This document shows positions 35,298 to 35,777 of a stretch of 35,777 bases of DNA, in pieces. How positions within the stretch are numbered: position 1 is the first letter of the stretch; each line of letters opens with the position of its first letter. Origin of the DNA: a virus. The notes under the pieces were generated by a model that was not told the DNA's origin, searched no databases, and saw only the letters and a list, made by a program, of their open reading frames with translations. The stretch is taken from the UHGV virus genome UHGV-0200169; one strand, written 5' to 3'. The translations under genes were made by a program, and so were the position numbers.

Positions 35298-35478
35298 AGC
35301 AAAATATAAACGGCAGGCGGAATACAATCGGAAAAACTACGTCCGCTTCCCGCTGGACTTGAAGCCTGACGTGCTGGAAGCCTACAAGGCCGCCTGCAAA
35401 GCCAACGGCACGACGCCGACCACGGAGATCAAGAAGTTTATCGCCGCTTATATCGCAGAAAACCAGCTTTCGGAATAA
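35290..35478 (+). CDS. Ribbon-helix-helix regulator
   Basis: YNRKNYVRFPLDLKP...AACKANGTTPTTEIKKFI. RBS GAAAGGA. Confidence 0.82.
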   Translation: MSEAKYKRQAEYNRKNYVRFPLDLKPDVLEAYKAACKANGTTPTTEIKKFIAAYIAENQLSE

Positions 35479-35513
35479 TCGTAGATGACTATCCGCTGTT
35501 CTAAGCGCACAAG

Positions 35514-35546
35514 AAAAGGCAGGGGCAACAGTGTCCCTGCCTTTTT
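35514..35546. terminator. Bidirectional intrinsic terminator
   Basis: aaaaggcaggggca-acag-tgtccctgccttttt. Confidence 0.85.
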
Positions 35547-35563
35547 AATTTAAACAAGCGTGG

Positions 35564-35584
35564 CTGACATAGAAGCTGACATAG
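35564..35584. promoter_or_regulatory. Integrase arm-type binding sites (P side): CTGACATAG x2
   Basis: Same 9-mer and 12-bp period as 41-61. Confidence 0.8.
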
Positions 35585-35662
35585 GTATTAGTGCCTAAAT
35601 ACGCTGAAACGCACACAATATAAATAAAAGTAAAGTGATAAAAACAGAACGTTGAAAGATTA

Positions 35663-35705
35663 AAAGTGCTGTATTCACTTGAAAACACAGCAAATACAGC
35701 ACTTT
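35663..35705 (-). terminator. Replacement terminator for the target tRNA
   Basis: 13-bp inverted repeat aaagtgctgtatt/aatacagcacttt just downstream of the tRNA CCA on the minus strand. Confidence 0.65.
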
Positions 35706-35710
35706 CTTGT

Positions 35711-35758
35711 TGGAGCAGGCGAAGGGAATCGAACCCTCGTAGCCAGCTTGGGAAGCTG
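35711..35758 (-). tRNA. 3' half of tRNA-Gly(CCC), serving as att core (partial, not a full gene)
   Basis: Revcomp cagc-ttCCCaa-gctg-gctac-gagggTTCGAttccctt-cgcctgct-CCA: anticodon arm, T arm and acceptor 3' strand. No D arm. Confidence 0.9.
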
Positions 35759-35777
35759 TTAGTTTAACAAGTGAAAA

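Larger units (their letters stand above)
1..35777. mobile_element. Complete temperate siphovirus-type phage genome, apparently the circular/excised form opened at attP
   Basis: All modules from integrase to lysis are present and no host genes are seen. attP is split across the ends. Confidence 0.9.

Noticed and set aside
35711..35777. Complete functional tRNA-Gly
   Set aside because: The 5' acceptor strand and D arm are absent. It is the att core only.

Overview
The window looks like the complete genome (35.8 kb) of a temperate, long-tailed siphovirus-type phage of a Bacillota (probably Clostridia) host, opened at attP. The 3' half of a tRNA-Gly(CCC) lies at the right end. Matching CTGACATAG arm-site pairs at both ends join into one attP only if the sequence is circular. 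Gene order: tyrosine integrase, accessory gene and cI (leftward); three-operator switch; cro and early genes; SMC-like ATPase, SSB-like protein, MBL nuclease, SSB; replication initiator with internal iterons; small accessory genes; RinA/ArpU-like activator; structured late leader with a peptide/RHH moron; terminase, portal, MuF; Prp protease, scaffold, capsid; neck and tail genes; holins, endolysin; a second peptide/RHH moron; attP. Most notable points: (1) a MuF head protein carrying a C-terminal JAB/JAMM domain, followed by a self-promoted putative immunity gene. (2) The 63-bp MuF hinge segment is duplicated, inverted and in frame inside an unrelated gene next to cI, with 4 of 5 differences synonymous. 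(3) A phage-encoded Prp protease with FDLQLF|A tags on scaffold, capsid and also the tail tube. (4) Four tiny antisense promoter-hairpin units placed just upstream of genes, two of them inside type-I-TA-like peptide/RHH cassettes. (5) A stand-alone, non-catalytic M.EcoRI-family fragment. (6) An endolysin that apparently starts at ATA. All family assignments come from visual motif recognition; no searches were run.
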